Shown piece after piece: positions 10,271-22,600 of a DNA stretch of 64,000 bases. The notes beneath the pieces are model-generated. The model was not told the origin of the DNA. It saw only the letters and a list, made by a program, of their open reading frames with translations, and ran no database searches. The translations under genes were made by a program, and so were the position numbers. This DNA comes from Macrostomum hystrix (Eukaryota; Animalia; Platyhelminthes). How positions within the stretch are numbered: position 1 is the first letter of the stretch; each line of letters opens with the position of its first letter. Location: positions 682,001-746,000 of the forward strand of contig CATNEN010000024.1 of assembly GCA_950097015.1 (NCBI GenBank), read 5' to 3'.

Positions 10271-12801
10271 ATGGATGTCGGCGCATTGGCCAAGGCGTGC
10301 GCCGACCTGACTCAAAGCCTGCGCAGTTTGCGACTTCCCGGCGGAGGCAACGGAAACCAGGAGGCGTCCACCAGTGCCGGCGCCAGTGCAGCCGCCGTTC
10401 CCCCGCCGGCAAGCCCTGTGGCTGCCCTGCGGCTTCGCCTGTTCAGCTTCGGAGGGCAGCAGCAGGCGCCGCAGCCGCCGGCGAAGCAGCAGTCGCCGAA
10501 GCGAACTACGCGCCGGCGTCATCCCCGACGTCAGGCTGTCGACGACGGGCCTTCAGAACGGACCCCGGCCGCGCCGGGACCCGCCGAATTGGCCGGCAGC
10601 GGCTGGCTGGCAGAGCGCCTGGCTGGCCACTGCAGCCCCTACGAGGCCGCCCGCCTCTGCCGGGTCTGCCCCGCCTGGCGCGACGCGCTCTACCGGGCCG
10701 ACTTCTGGCGCCGCCTCCGCCTGGTGCTGCCGCTGCGGCTCGTGCCGCCGGACGCCGTCGAGTCCGATGCCGCATGGTCGGAATCGCTCGATCGCCTCTT
10801 TGCCAGCGTCGGCGTCCGCGGCATCGACTCGTTCGGCTTCTCCGGCCTCACCGACGCCCACCTGCCTGGCCTGCTGCCGCGCCTGGCCCGGCTCGCTGGC
10901 CGCCTTACCGACTTGGCCATCGCCGACTCGCCACTGTCCGACTCCGGGCTGGCAGCCCTGCTGGCCGCTGGCGGCTCGCCGGCCGCCCTCAGCCTGACCG
11001 GCTGCAATCGCCTGGCGGAGCCGGCCGCTGCTGCCTGCCGCCTGCTGCCCGGCAGCCTCGTCAGCTTGTCAGTGTCCGACTGCGCCGGCCTCACCGACCA
11101 GAGCGTCGCCACGTTGGCCACCCGGCTGCCGCGGCTCCGCCGGCTGGAGCTTCAGAGCTGCCACCTGACTGACGCCTGCCTGCCCTGCCTGGCCGACTGT
11201 CAGGCCGGGCTTGCCAGCTTGGACCTGCCCAGCTGCTGGGAGCTCACCGACCGAGGCGCCGTCGCCCTGTCCGCCGCCCTGCCCGGACTGCGTCGACTTT
11301 GCCTGAGCGGCTGCTCCAAGCTCACAGACGAAGCTGTCGACGCTCTGGCCGACGGCCTTCGTCAGCTGCGCGAACTCGACCTGAGCTGGTGCGCCCGGCT
11401 CACCGACGTAGCGCTGGAGTGCATCGCCTGCGACATGTCACAGCTGGAGGCTCTGTGGCTGGACAGGCGAGTCCGGCTGGTGTCTGTAGATCAGGATGTC
11501 TGTAGATCAGGGTGTCTGTAGATCAGGGTGTCTGTAGATCAGGATCTCTGTAGATCAGGGTGTCTGTAGATCAGGATCTCTGTAGATCAGGATGTCTGTA
11601 GATCAGGGTGTCTGTAGATCAGGGTGTCTGTAGATCAGGGTGTCTGTAGTTCAGGGTGTCTGTAGTTCAGGATGTCTGTAGATCAGGTTGTCTGTAGATC
11701 AGGATGCGAAACCAAATACACCGGCTTTATGAATTTCAAGTCACTGATTGATTAAACAGGTGAATTAGAGCCTGGTCTGCTTTGAATACCGCAAAAAACT
11801 GAGCAGTAAAAACTGTTGGCTTTTTCAATCACCAACCCGCAGGTGTCCAGCCATATCTGATATTGGCATTGGCTACCTGTCCACAATGCCAAAACTGCGC
11901 CTGCTCAGCCTGCGCTGGTGTACTGGACTCAGCGACACCGCTGTGCGCCATGCTGCTGGAATGCGGGATATTGTACACCTGTCACTGTCAGGTGAGAGAT
12001 GCTCCACTGCCACTGCTCATGCCGCCTCTGCTTCTGTCTCCTCTCTGCTCCTCTCTCTCCCATGTTTATTTCTGACACACTCCCCCATCTCTCTAATCCA
12101 CTCCCCCATCTCTCTAGCCCACTCCCCCATCTCTCTAACCCACTCCCCCATCTCTCTAGCCCACTCCCCCATCTCTCTAACCCACTCCCCCATCTCTCTA
12201 ACCCACTCCCCCATCTCTCTAACCCACTCCCCCATCTCTCTAACCAACTCCCCCATCTCTCTCACCCACTCCCCATCTCTCTCACCCACTCCCCAGCTCT
12301 CTCACCCAGTCCCCCTGTCTCTCTCACCCACTCGCCCAGCTCTCTCACCCACTACCCCTGTCTCTGTCACCCACTCCCCCCATCTCTCTCACCCACTCCC
12401 CATCTCTCTCACCCACTCCCCAGCTCTCTCACCCAGTCCCCCTGTCTCTCTCACCCACTCCCCCTGTCTCTCTCACCCAGTCCCCCTGTCTCTCTCACCC
12501 ACTCCCCCTGTCTCTCTCACCCACTCCCCCTGTCTCTCTCACCCACTCGCGCTGTCTCTCTCTGACCCACTCCCCATGTCGAATTGTTCTTCACAAATAA
12601 TTCAGATTTTGAATTATTTCTGTGTTGAAAAAAATCGTTCTAACTTTCGCAGGCGTCACCAAGGTGACGGGAGACGGTCTGTGCCACCTGATCCGTGCCC
12701 GCCGGCTGCGGACCCTCGAGCTGACGAACTGCCCGGCCGCCAGTCGAGCTATTCGCAACTTCCTACAGCTGCAACTGCCCGGCTGCCGCATATACTACTG
12801 A
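10271..12801 (+). CDS. FBXL16: F-box/LRR-repeat protein 16 ortholog, join(10271..11466,11843..11991,12653..12801), about 497 aa
   Basis: F-box-like 'AARLCRVCPAWRDALYRADFW' followed by Cys-containing LRRs. '[46 protein letters not shown]...LRWC...LELTNCP' closely tracks the FBXL16 C-terminus. Phases are continuous (2, 1). The start ATG is inferred. Confidence 0.88.
11481..11706. repeat. Minisatellite, 16-bp unit (GTGTCTGTAGATCAGG)
   Basis: FBXL16 intron 1. Confidence 0.92.
11843..11991 (+). CDS. FBXL16: FBXL16 exon 2
   Basis: Acceptor ccgcag| at 11842; donor G|GTGAGA at 11992; encodes (R)[26 protein letters not shown]. Confidence 0.88.
12075..12575. repeat. C-rich minisatellite, about 21-bp unit (CACTCCCCCATCTCTCTAACC)
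   Basis: FBXL16 intron 2. Confidence 0.92.
12653..12801 (+). CDS. FBXL16: FBXL16 last exon
   Basis: Acceptor ttcgcag| at 12652; encodes GVTKVTGDGL...LELTNCPAASRAIRNFLQLQLPGCRIYY*. Confidence 0.88.
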
Positions 12802-13531
12802 CAAGATGGACTTCTAAAATAATTTAGATGGGATAAGATTCTAATTCTAGCTATAAATGTCCATGGTTTTCAACAAATACATTTGGTTCATCCTCGTTTT
12901 TTTATCTAACTTGAATTTTGTCTATGGCCGAATCGTATTCTCGCAATGTTTTTCATCTATACTTTTGCTTGCCATTTTTAAATGCTTAATATCATGCTAG
13001 AGTTTGTGTATAATGTGTATCATCAATGTTATTGTCATATCCGTACTGGTCTACTCTAAGTAGCTAACCATTTTTTAAACAAAATTCTGAACTCTATATA
13101 TAATAAAAACGTTTCTAACAAAAATTTTCACAAACACGAGACAGTTTCTGAACAATGGGCTTTGAGAAGCAAGCCACGAGTCTAAAACATTCCATGTTAC
13201 TATTAAAAGTGTTTATTTGTACAATACGATAATACTCTCTGTTGTGCGTGAGCTGCTTACAGTTAAAGGCTTATTAATTGTATCAGTCATTGTTATCTAC
13301 AATTTTATTTCATTGTCATATTTTCGAATTGGATGAAATGAAAGCATCCAGTGTTTTAATGAGGACATTGCATTGCGATGACAGTAAGCCTGGTTTCCTA
13401 GAAAATGTTAGCAATGGAGTTGAAGTTTAGTTTAAAAAAAACACCAGCGTGATCTAAACAAGAGAGCCAAAAGTTGAATAATAAACTAGCTCATAAATAT
13501 GACACTATTTATAAGCTCTTTTAAAAGTACA

Positions 13532-13621
13532 TCAGCACTCGAACTCTTTGTTCGTTAGCGACCTCAAATCGTTCATCAGTCCGTCCAGTGTCTTGGTCAT
13601 GTCTTCAGTTGACAGGACAAA
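13532..13621 (-). CDS. DCC: DCC-like last exon, P3 motif ([29 protein letters not shown])
   Basis: cctgcag|TTT; P3 motif; TGA at 13534-13532. Confidence 0.9.
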   Translation of the reverse strand, partial: FVLSTEDMTKTLDGLMNDLRSLTNKEFEC

Positions 13622-16600
13622 CTGCAGGGTTGGGTGGAAACAAGATAGAGTTAGTACCGTTGAGATTTCTGTGCCATTAGGGATCACTGGATGTCATTGG
13701 GGATCACTGGATGCTATTGGGGATCACTGGATGCTATTGGGGATCACTGGATGTCATTGGGGATCACTGGATGCTATTGGGGATCACTGGATGCTATTGG
13801 GGATCACTGGATGCTATTGGGGATCACTGGATGTCATTGGGGATCACTGGATGCTATTGGGGATCACTGGATGCTATTGGGTATCACTGGATGCTATTGG
13901 GGATCACTGGATGCTATTGGGTATCACTGGATGCTATTGGGAATCACTGGATGTCATTGGGGATCACTGGATGCTATTGGGTATCACTGGATGCTATTGG
14001 GGATCACTGGATGCTATTGGGGATCACTGGATGCTATTGGGTATCACTGGATGCTATTGGGGATCACTGGATGCTATTGGGTATCACTGGATGCTATTGG
14101 GGATCACTGGATGCTATTGGGGATCACTGGATGCTATTGGGTATCACTGGATGCTATTGGGGATCACTGGATGCTATTGGGAATCACTGGATGTCATTGG
14201 GTATCACTGGATGCTATTGGGTATCACTGGATGCTATTGGGGATCACTGGATGCTATTGGGGATCACTGGATGTCATTGGGAATCACTGGATGTCATTGG
14301 GGATCACTGGATGCTATTGGGTATCACTGGATGCTATTGGGGATCACTGGATGCTATTGGGGATCACTGGATGCTATTGGGTATCACTGGATGCTATTGG
14401 GGATCACTGGATGCTATTGGGAATCACTGGATGTCATTGGGGATCACTGGATGCTATTAGGGATATGATGGCTTAGAGGCTTTGAGGAAGCCACTGAGCA
14501 GAACAACCAGTTGACTTACACTTCTGGACGTCTGACTATCAAATGTTGAGCCTCCGCCGCCGCCGCCGCCGCCGCTGCCGTTGCCACCGCCCATGCCGAC
14601 AGCCGCAGCGCCAACGTTGAAGCCGACGCCGCCGACGCTGCCGCCGTGCAGGCTGCGGGTTGGCCGGCTGGAGCTAGCCGGATTCAGGATGTCTGGCGTC
14701 ACGTTGACCGGCCGACCGTTGCCAAGCGACGCCAGCATCAGCGTTGGCGCCACCGTTGAAGCGGCCGACGCTGCGGCTGCTACTGATGTTGCCGGATTTC
14801 TCTTCGACGGCGAACCGATGGACGAGCTGAGACTGGAGTGCGGGCTCGAGAGCTTTCCTGGAAACATTAACCCAGTTGGTTTTTATATACTGCTTTTGCG
14901 CGGCGCTTCTAAAACATGTGTACAGCTGCTGTTCAGTACGTGGACTGAGATTCGAACTCCTGACCTGTGCTACAAGCCCAACTCGCATATAATTTATTGG
15001 TCCTTGCTAATTCGTCAGCGAATCTTCTGTCTCACTGTCACCAACTGCTAATCTCAGAACTCAGTTATGATCGCCATCAACTTCGACTCACCCGAGCTAA
15101 AGTCGGGTGCATCAACGCGCGGTGGCGAGGCCAGACCCCTTGAAGACGCGGCGGCCGCGGCCGTCTGATAGCTTGGCGGAGTCCCCGGTGGGTAGAGCCC
15201 GGAGCTGGAGATGTTCCTGAAGTGGCCAGGGGGATTCGGCGACGCTCCGCCCGGATGCTCCAGCATCAGCGGCTCGCCGACGAAGCCGCCGCCGCCGCGA
15301 ATGCCGCCGCCGAGGCCGAGATGGCCTCCGCCCAGGTGCGGATGCATGGAGCTCCTGCCGAAGGGCCCGCCGCCGACGGGGCCGTCCGAACTTCGGCCAG
15401 CCTGCGGCAGGTGTCGCAGCTCCAGACAGTTGTCGGACCTGCGGCACAGATCCGGCGTCTGCTGCTGCAGCTGGTGATGCTGGCCGGCCGAGATCAGCAG
15501 CGCCGCCGCCTGAGCCTCCGGGGAATTCTTGCTGGATCTGGTCCGCGGCGAGCCCGGATGTCGCTGATTGGCCGGCGTCTCCTGACCAATCAGGCTGGCT
15601 TCCTCCTTGACCGGCCGGTCCGCTTGTCTGCGACGACGTCCACCGCCGCTTCCACCGGCCTCACCGCTGCGGCAGAGGCACACAGTTGCTATGGCAACGA
15701 TGAGCAGCACGATGGCGAGACCGAAGCCGCCGCCGATAACAAACCAGAGCTTGCGATCGCTCTCCGAATCCGACGGTCCAGCCGCTTGCAGCGGAGAATC
15801 GGCTAGAGATAAAGTATATTTACTTTATCTTTTAAAATATATAGCTGACTAAATTTACATTCGTGTCCGATCGTAAAATAAAGTCTTGCATAATGAAAGT
15901 GTACTTACATTGAGATCCGGCAGCACTGAGGGCGTCAAGCACCATGCCTCCGCCGTATCCGTTGACTGCGTAGATTTTATTAAAGGAAAGCCATTTTACA
16001 CTCAAAAAACTTTTAGACACAAACTTTTTTAAATCACGCTATTCGGCTCCGTAGTTCCTCCATTTATTTGACCTGTCAAAACCCCTCGCTCTTCGACACT
16101 TCTCTAGCCACCTCACTTATTACTCATCTAGCCGCTCCAATAAATAAATAGCAGCCGCCTCAATCTATTAACAGTAACCTCACTCCGCCAGCGGCCACCT
16201 CACCCGCCAGCAGCCACCTCACCCGCCAGCAGCCACCTCACTCCGCCATCGGTCACCTCCCTCCGCCAGCAGCAACCTCACTCCGCCAGCAGCCACCTCA
16301 CTCCGCCAGCAGCCACCTCACTCCGTTAATGTCAAAAACTCTTTCCGACAACACACACCTCACTCCTCTAGCCACCTTTACTCATCTAGCAGCCACCTTT
16401 TTAACACCTCACTTGACTGTCCCTCCTAGAAGCCCAGTTGAAATAGATCACGGGGTAAAAGCTCACCGTCCGGTGTCATAAAAGCGGTGAGATTCGTAGC
16501 CGGACCAGCGCCAGCCTGATTCTCGGCTCGCACTTTGAACACGTATAGGCTGGACGGCAGCAGGCCGGTGATGACAATCTGGGTCTCTTTGGCTGCCGTA

Positions 16601-19600
16601 TTGCGGCTAATAAACTGGCCGCCACGCAAAGCGTAATAGACAGTGTAGCCGGTCAGCTGACCGTTGGGCTCCAGCGGAGGCCGCCAGCTCAGCAGGGCGG
16701 AGCCCGGCAGGCTGGTCCGCGCAGCCCGCAGCTCCAACGGCGGCGTGCCGGGCGCCTCCGCCTCGGTGACAAAGATTGCCCGCATGCTGAAATCGGACAG
16801 CATGTAGCCTAGACGACACCGAACCCTAGCCGTGTAGGCTGTGAAAGGCTTCAGCTGGGATAGGCGCAGGCGCAGTTCGGTTGTGTTCAACCGGCGCCCA
16901 GTCGGCGTCTCCTGAACTGTCGACGGCGACGCGCCCCCAGACGACGCGTCCTCCGCCACTTCGACCTCGTAGATTCGGCCGGCGGCGTCGGCGCCTGGAA
17001 GGTGGAGGTCCCGGTCTGTCCAGCTGACAACGGCTGTACGGCCGTTCATGACGGTTGCCTTCACGTTCAGTGGGACGCTTGGAGATTGGCGATCGTCTGG
17101 AAAAGGCGAAAATTCTCTTAAACTTGCTCAATCGGAGTGCAATTCAGAAAGAAAGTCGGGAAGCAAGTATACAGACAGTGAAGCAGCGACTGCGAGTAGA
17201 AACACTGACATTAAAACTGATACTACACTGACCATTGTGCCACTACATGGAAATACATCTGGCACTCTTCACCTGGCACTCATTAATTAGTCTGGCACTC
17301 TTCCCATTGCAATTATTATTTAGTCTGGCACTCTTCCCATTGCAATCATTAATTAGTCTGGCACTCTTCCCATTGCAATCATTAATTAGTCTGGCACTCT
17401 TCCTATTGCAATCAATCAAGTCCGCCACACTCGCACTTGCACTCTCGATGTAGTCTGTCACACTCGCACTGGCACTCTCCCATATCAGTCTGTCACACTC
17501 GCACTGGCACTTTCCCATGTCAGTCTGTCACTCTCGCACTGGCACTCTCCCATATCAGTCTGTCACTCTCGCACTGGCACTCTCCCATATCAGTCACTGG
17601 CGCACACCCATCAGTTGGTTCTTTTCTAACTGTTAATATTAAATATTTATCACGCTGTAGATAACAGGAATATGCTACATAAGGAATCCAGCTCCAGTAT
17701 ATTCCCTATAATTCAAGATTATTGTGTCTTAATCTTAAAAGATTAAAAAACCTTAAAACCGTGTGATTTGGTGTCTGCAACTTAGTACGAGTGCAACAGA
17801 AAGCAAAAAGGGATTGACAACACATGCAACTTGAAAAAAATGAACAAATTTGTCGTGATTCAGGCGCATTTTCTACAATCCAATGGATCTTGTACAGACT
17901 TACACGTATCTCCGCCTGAAATCGAATGAAACAAGACAGTTGTCAGGTCATGTTGCTGTTCGCGGCTTGTTGCTTATTCATGCTAGTCGGTAATTTAATA
18001 TGGCACTAACAAAAATTAACAGGAATCTAATCTATAAACATTGCACAACTATTTATGCAAATTATTATGCACTGCAGGTCAGCCCCAATAATGCTTTGTT
18101 TTACACAACATAAATCATGGCACAATTTTGCTATATTCAACTTAATAGAAATTCTAGCATACATGGGATTGTCGACCTGTTAGACATTTAATGTCAACCT
18201 GTTAGACATTTAATGTCGACCCGTTAAACACCTAATGTCAACCTGTTAGACATTTGATGTCAACCTGTTAGACATTTGATGTCAACCTGTTAGACATTTG
18301 ATGTCAACCTGTTAGACATTTGATGTCAACCTGTTAGACATTTGATGTCAACCTGTTAGACATTTGATGTCAACCTGTTAGACATTTGATGTCGACCTGT
18401 TAGACATTTGATGTCGACCTGTTAGACATTTAATGTCAACCTGTTAGACATTTGATGTCAACCTGTTAGACATTTGATGTCAACCTGTTAGACATTTGAT
18501 GTCAACCTGTTAGACATTTGATGTCAACCTGTTAGACATTTAATATCAACATGTTAGAAATCAGATGTCAACCTGTTAGACATCAAATGTCAAGTTTTAG
18601 AAATCAGATGTCAAGTGTTAGACATGTTGTAATGGACAATGATACACTAGAGATTGAAGCCAATCCATGCTCGTCATAAGAAATGTTTGTTAAGCGATTT
18701 CCTGGAAATCGTGTTCACAATATTCTAGAATGCGGCAGACAATGTCGCAAAAATTTTTCCATGCTATAGCTTGACAACAGAATATAGCACGCTTAGATGA
18801 ATAAAGATATTCATGCGCAATTATCATACTGTCAGTAGAGTATCAAGAAATCTAATAACTTTATTCGTTCAAATAGCATTAACAACAGAATTGTAAAATA
18901 CTACTCACGGGCTTCACTCTGAGTTTTCTCGTGCAAAGTTGTCTCGGCCTGAATGCCATCCTTGATGGCCACGATGGTGATGAAATAGTACTGATTGGGC
19001 ACTGGAACGTTTTAAAAAAATTGCTGCATGGAAGCTTGTTAATAAAATGTATATGTTTCACGCTATTGAATGCACTTTATTGTTTCAGCCGGTTAAATGA
19101 AAGAATGCCAGATATTTAGCTTTGGTTGTTTACGCTGGCTAATGGAGTATCCAAAAATATATGCGATCCATAGCACAATGAATTTCCGGGTTCCGTTGCT
19201 TTTGTTAAAATTGCTTTTACAGAGATATATACCTAAGGTAGACCAAGTGCAAAAAATATTAAAATGTTCTATTTAGATGTCAGTTAAATTACATCGGTTT
19301 AAAATAATATCGATTTTAATTTTTTAATATCTAGATTGTGATTTCATCAGTACTGGAATTAAATATTGGAAATTTCGTATCATTCTCGGAAATCCGAAAC
19401 GATTCTAGGAAATCGTTTACCGTTAAAAGAAACATCCGAAAATTTCAGGAAGTCTCACAAAATTCTAGGGAATCTCACTTTATTTTAAGAAATCTTATAT
19501 TTTTTAAATAAATCTCAAATCATTCTAAGAAATTCCACACCATTCTTAGAAACCTATAATCAACTTTTTTAATTCTTTGTTTTCTAGAAATGTTTACACA

Positions 19601-22600
19601 ATTCAAGGGAATATCATATCATTTTTAGATGTTTCATATCATTCTTGGAAATATTCCATTATTTAAAAAAAATTATCTCGTATCATACTCGGAAATGTCA
19701 ATTTTTTAGGGACCTAACATTATTCAAGGAAGTTTCACATCATTCTAAGAAATCCGACACAATTCTTGGAAATCACAAATCTGAAATTATTCTAAGGAAT
19801 TCTAGAAATTTTCTAACCATTTTAGGAAATCTTTAATCATTTAAGGAAACGTCCAGAAATTTATAGGAATCTTGAAAATTATCGAAAAAGTCATCCGATT
19901 CGTCTAAGAAATCCTACAACTTTCTATGAAATCTCGCAACTAAATTGCAGGAAATCTAGGAACTCCTACAGGGTGAGATTGATTTTGAAAGCGGCACCAC
20001 TTCTGTTCCGCGTCAGTGCTCACCGAGACCGCGAATCTGAAAAGTGTCCTGATCGCCGGAAATCTCAGCCGCCAGTCGCTCCTTTGGCAGTTGAGTGCCA
20101 TAGTAGATGGCGTACTTGTCCGGAATAATCACCGAGGACGGTCGCGACCAGGACAGCAGGATGGAGTCCCGCTTGCCAATGGCGGCTAGATCTTTCGGCT
20201 TGATGAACAGCGGTACATCCCCGGACAGCTGGGTGGCGGCGTCGGTTGGATCGCGAAGTCCTGGCAATGATGATAGTACACCGTGAGTATAGCAGGTAGT
20301 ACACTAGGAGTCTAACAGTTAGAACACATTGAGTCTAACTGGAAGTATACCTTGAGTCTAACAGGTGTACACCTTGAGTCTAACAGGTGTACACCTTGAG
20401 TCTAACAGGTGTACACCTTGAGTCTAACAGGTGTACACCTTGAGTCTAACAGGCAGCACATCCTGAGTCTAACAGGCAGCACACCCTGAGTCTAACAGGC
20501 AGCACACCCTGAGTCTAACAGGCAGCACGTCCTGAGTCTAACAGGCAGCACACCCTGAGTCTAACAGGCAGCACACCCTGAGTCTAACAGGCAGCACACC
20601 CTGAGTCTAACAGGCAGCACACCCTGAGTCTAACAGGCAGCACACCCTGAGTCTAACAGGCAGCACACCCTGAGTCTAACAGGCAGCACACCCTGAGTCT
20701 AACAGGCAGCACATCCTGAGTCTAACAGGCAGCACACCCTGAGTCTAACAGGCAGCACACCCTGAGTCTAACAGGCAGCACACCCTGAGTCTAACAGGCA
20801 GCACATCCTGAGTCTAACAGGCAGCACATCCTCAGTCTAACAGGCAGCACATCCTGAGTCTAACAGGCAGCACACCCTGAGTCTAACAGGCAGCACATCC
20901 TGAGTCTAACAGGCAGCACATCCTCAGTCTAACAGGCAGCACATCCTCAGTCTAACAGGCAGCACATCCTGAGTCTAACAGGCAGCACATCCTGAGTCCA
21001 TCAGGTAGCACACCCTGAGTCCATCAGGTAGCACACCCTGAGTCCATCAGGTAGCACATGCAGAGCCCTCCACCCGAACCCCAGCTCACTGGCTGACTGA
21101 TATCTATAAGCGTCTGACAGCGTGTCGAATATCTTCCAGGCTGTGAACCGGCCGGTGCCGTTGACTGTTCTGGCAGCCACCTGGGCGGCGTATCTCGCGA
21201 ACGGCTTGAGTCCAACTAGCCGATGACTCAGTTGATCACCGGGCACCGTGGTCTTCTCCGCAGCAGCGCCGACGACATCGTCGCCAGACAATATTGAGGA
21301 GTCCGCTGACTGCGGCAGGAGCTCCCGGTAGCGAATCCGGTAGCCAACGAGGAGGCCGTTGCGGCCGGCCAGCGGCGGAGGCAGCCAGCTGAGGTGGGCG
21401 CCGGAGCCAACGCCGACGACGGTAAAGTTGTCCGGACTCTGGTCCGGCCTGGCTGACGGAGTGTCCAGGCTGAGCATCGTCGGGCGCGACTGGCCGAGGC
21501 CGGAGACAACCGAGGCCAGCAGCTGGTAGCGCCGGTGAGGTCGAGCTCCGAGCCGCAGGCCGTCGGCTTTTGGTGAGCAGCTGGCGTTGAACTGCCAGTC
21601 GGTCTTCAGGGTGAGGTCTCGGAGATGCAGCCTGGGATAGATAAAAAGTCAGGAGCTCACTGGAATCGGATGAAGCTGATTGGAATCGAATGAAGCTCAA
21701 TCGGAATCGGACGAAGCTCAACGGAATCGGACGAAGCTCAACGGAATCGGACGAAGCTCAACGGAATCGAACGAAGCTCAACGGAATCGGACGAAGCTCA
21801 ACGAAATCGGACGAAGCTCAATGGACTAGGAGAAAGCTTAACGGAATCAGACAAAGCTCATTAAAAACTGAATCCTTGATGGAGTGATTCGGGAGCAAGT
21901 TCAGAGCGTGCGTTAGCTGTAAAATGCCCATAGAAAGCCGCAGCTCTTGAGTACTCTCATAAAATTGACTCCGGTTCAGTTTTTAGAGGCCCGGATCCGC
22001 TCTCTCTCGAATTTTCGGGGGAGTTTCAATCGCTGGTTAATCAGAGAATGATTTTGAGCTGGCAATGCTATCCCTCTCCCCAGTCCGCGATCGTAACGCC
22101 GGGCATTTGATGCAGAAATTTTTCTTCTTGGCAAGCAGAACCGGCGGCCACCGTCAGAGCAGATGAGGATGAAGAGAGGAGGGAGAAGAAGGGAAGCGGT
22201 TTTGTGGGAGAACGAGAGTATGGTTTAAATCTAGTATGGCGCATTTTCTCTCTCTTTCTCTCTGAAAGTTTTTTTTCGGCGAGTGGGCAAAAATGAGTCA
22301 GCGTTGCGATACATGAGTGGGTCGCGGCATAGCTTAGTTGTTGTATTTGAGTCCCTGGACCACTGCAGCGGATAGCGCAGAATTGAAAGAGAGAAAAATG
22401 TAAGAAAAAACTGATGGCTCTTTTGTAGAATTATAATATGAATAAGACGTGTGTGGCCAATTAATTATGAGCCATGACTATCTCTTCTCACAATTTGTCT
22501 GCTATGGACACAGTCAGCACAACTGACTCATAACTCTGAGAGGGATACTAGTTACACAGAGAGATAGAACCAGATGGAGAGAGATGGGGAGAGATGGGGA

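Noticed and set aside
10202-11172. Overlapping alternate-frame and antisense ORFs in GC-rich exons (also at 3279-3773, 15112-15806, 35381-36163)
   Set aside because: Shadow ORFs expected from high-GC coding sequence
15054-15091. '[11 protein letters not shown]' as the main DCC C-terminus/P3
   Set aside because: A consensus donor at 15091 and two further in-phase exons end in the authentic P3; kept only as a possible minor isoform
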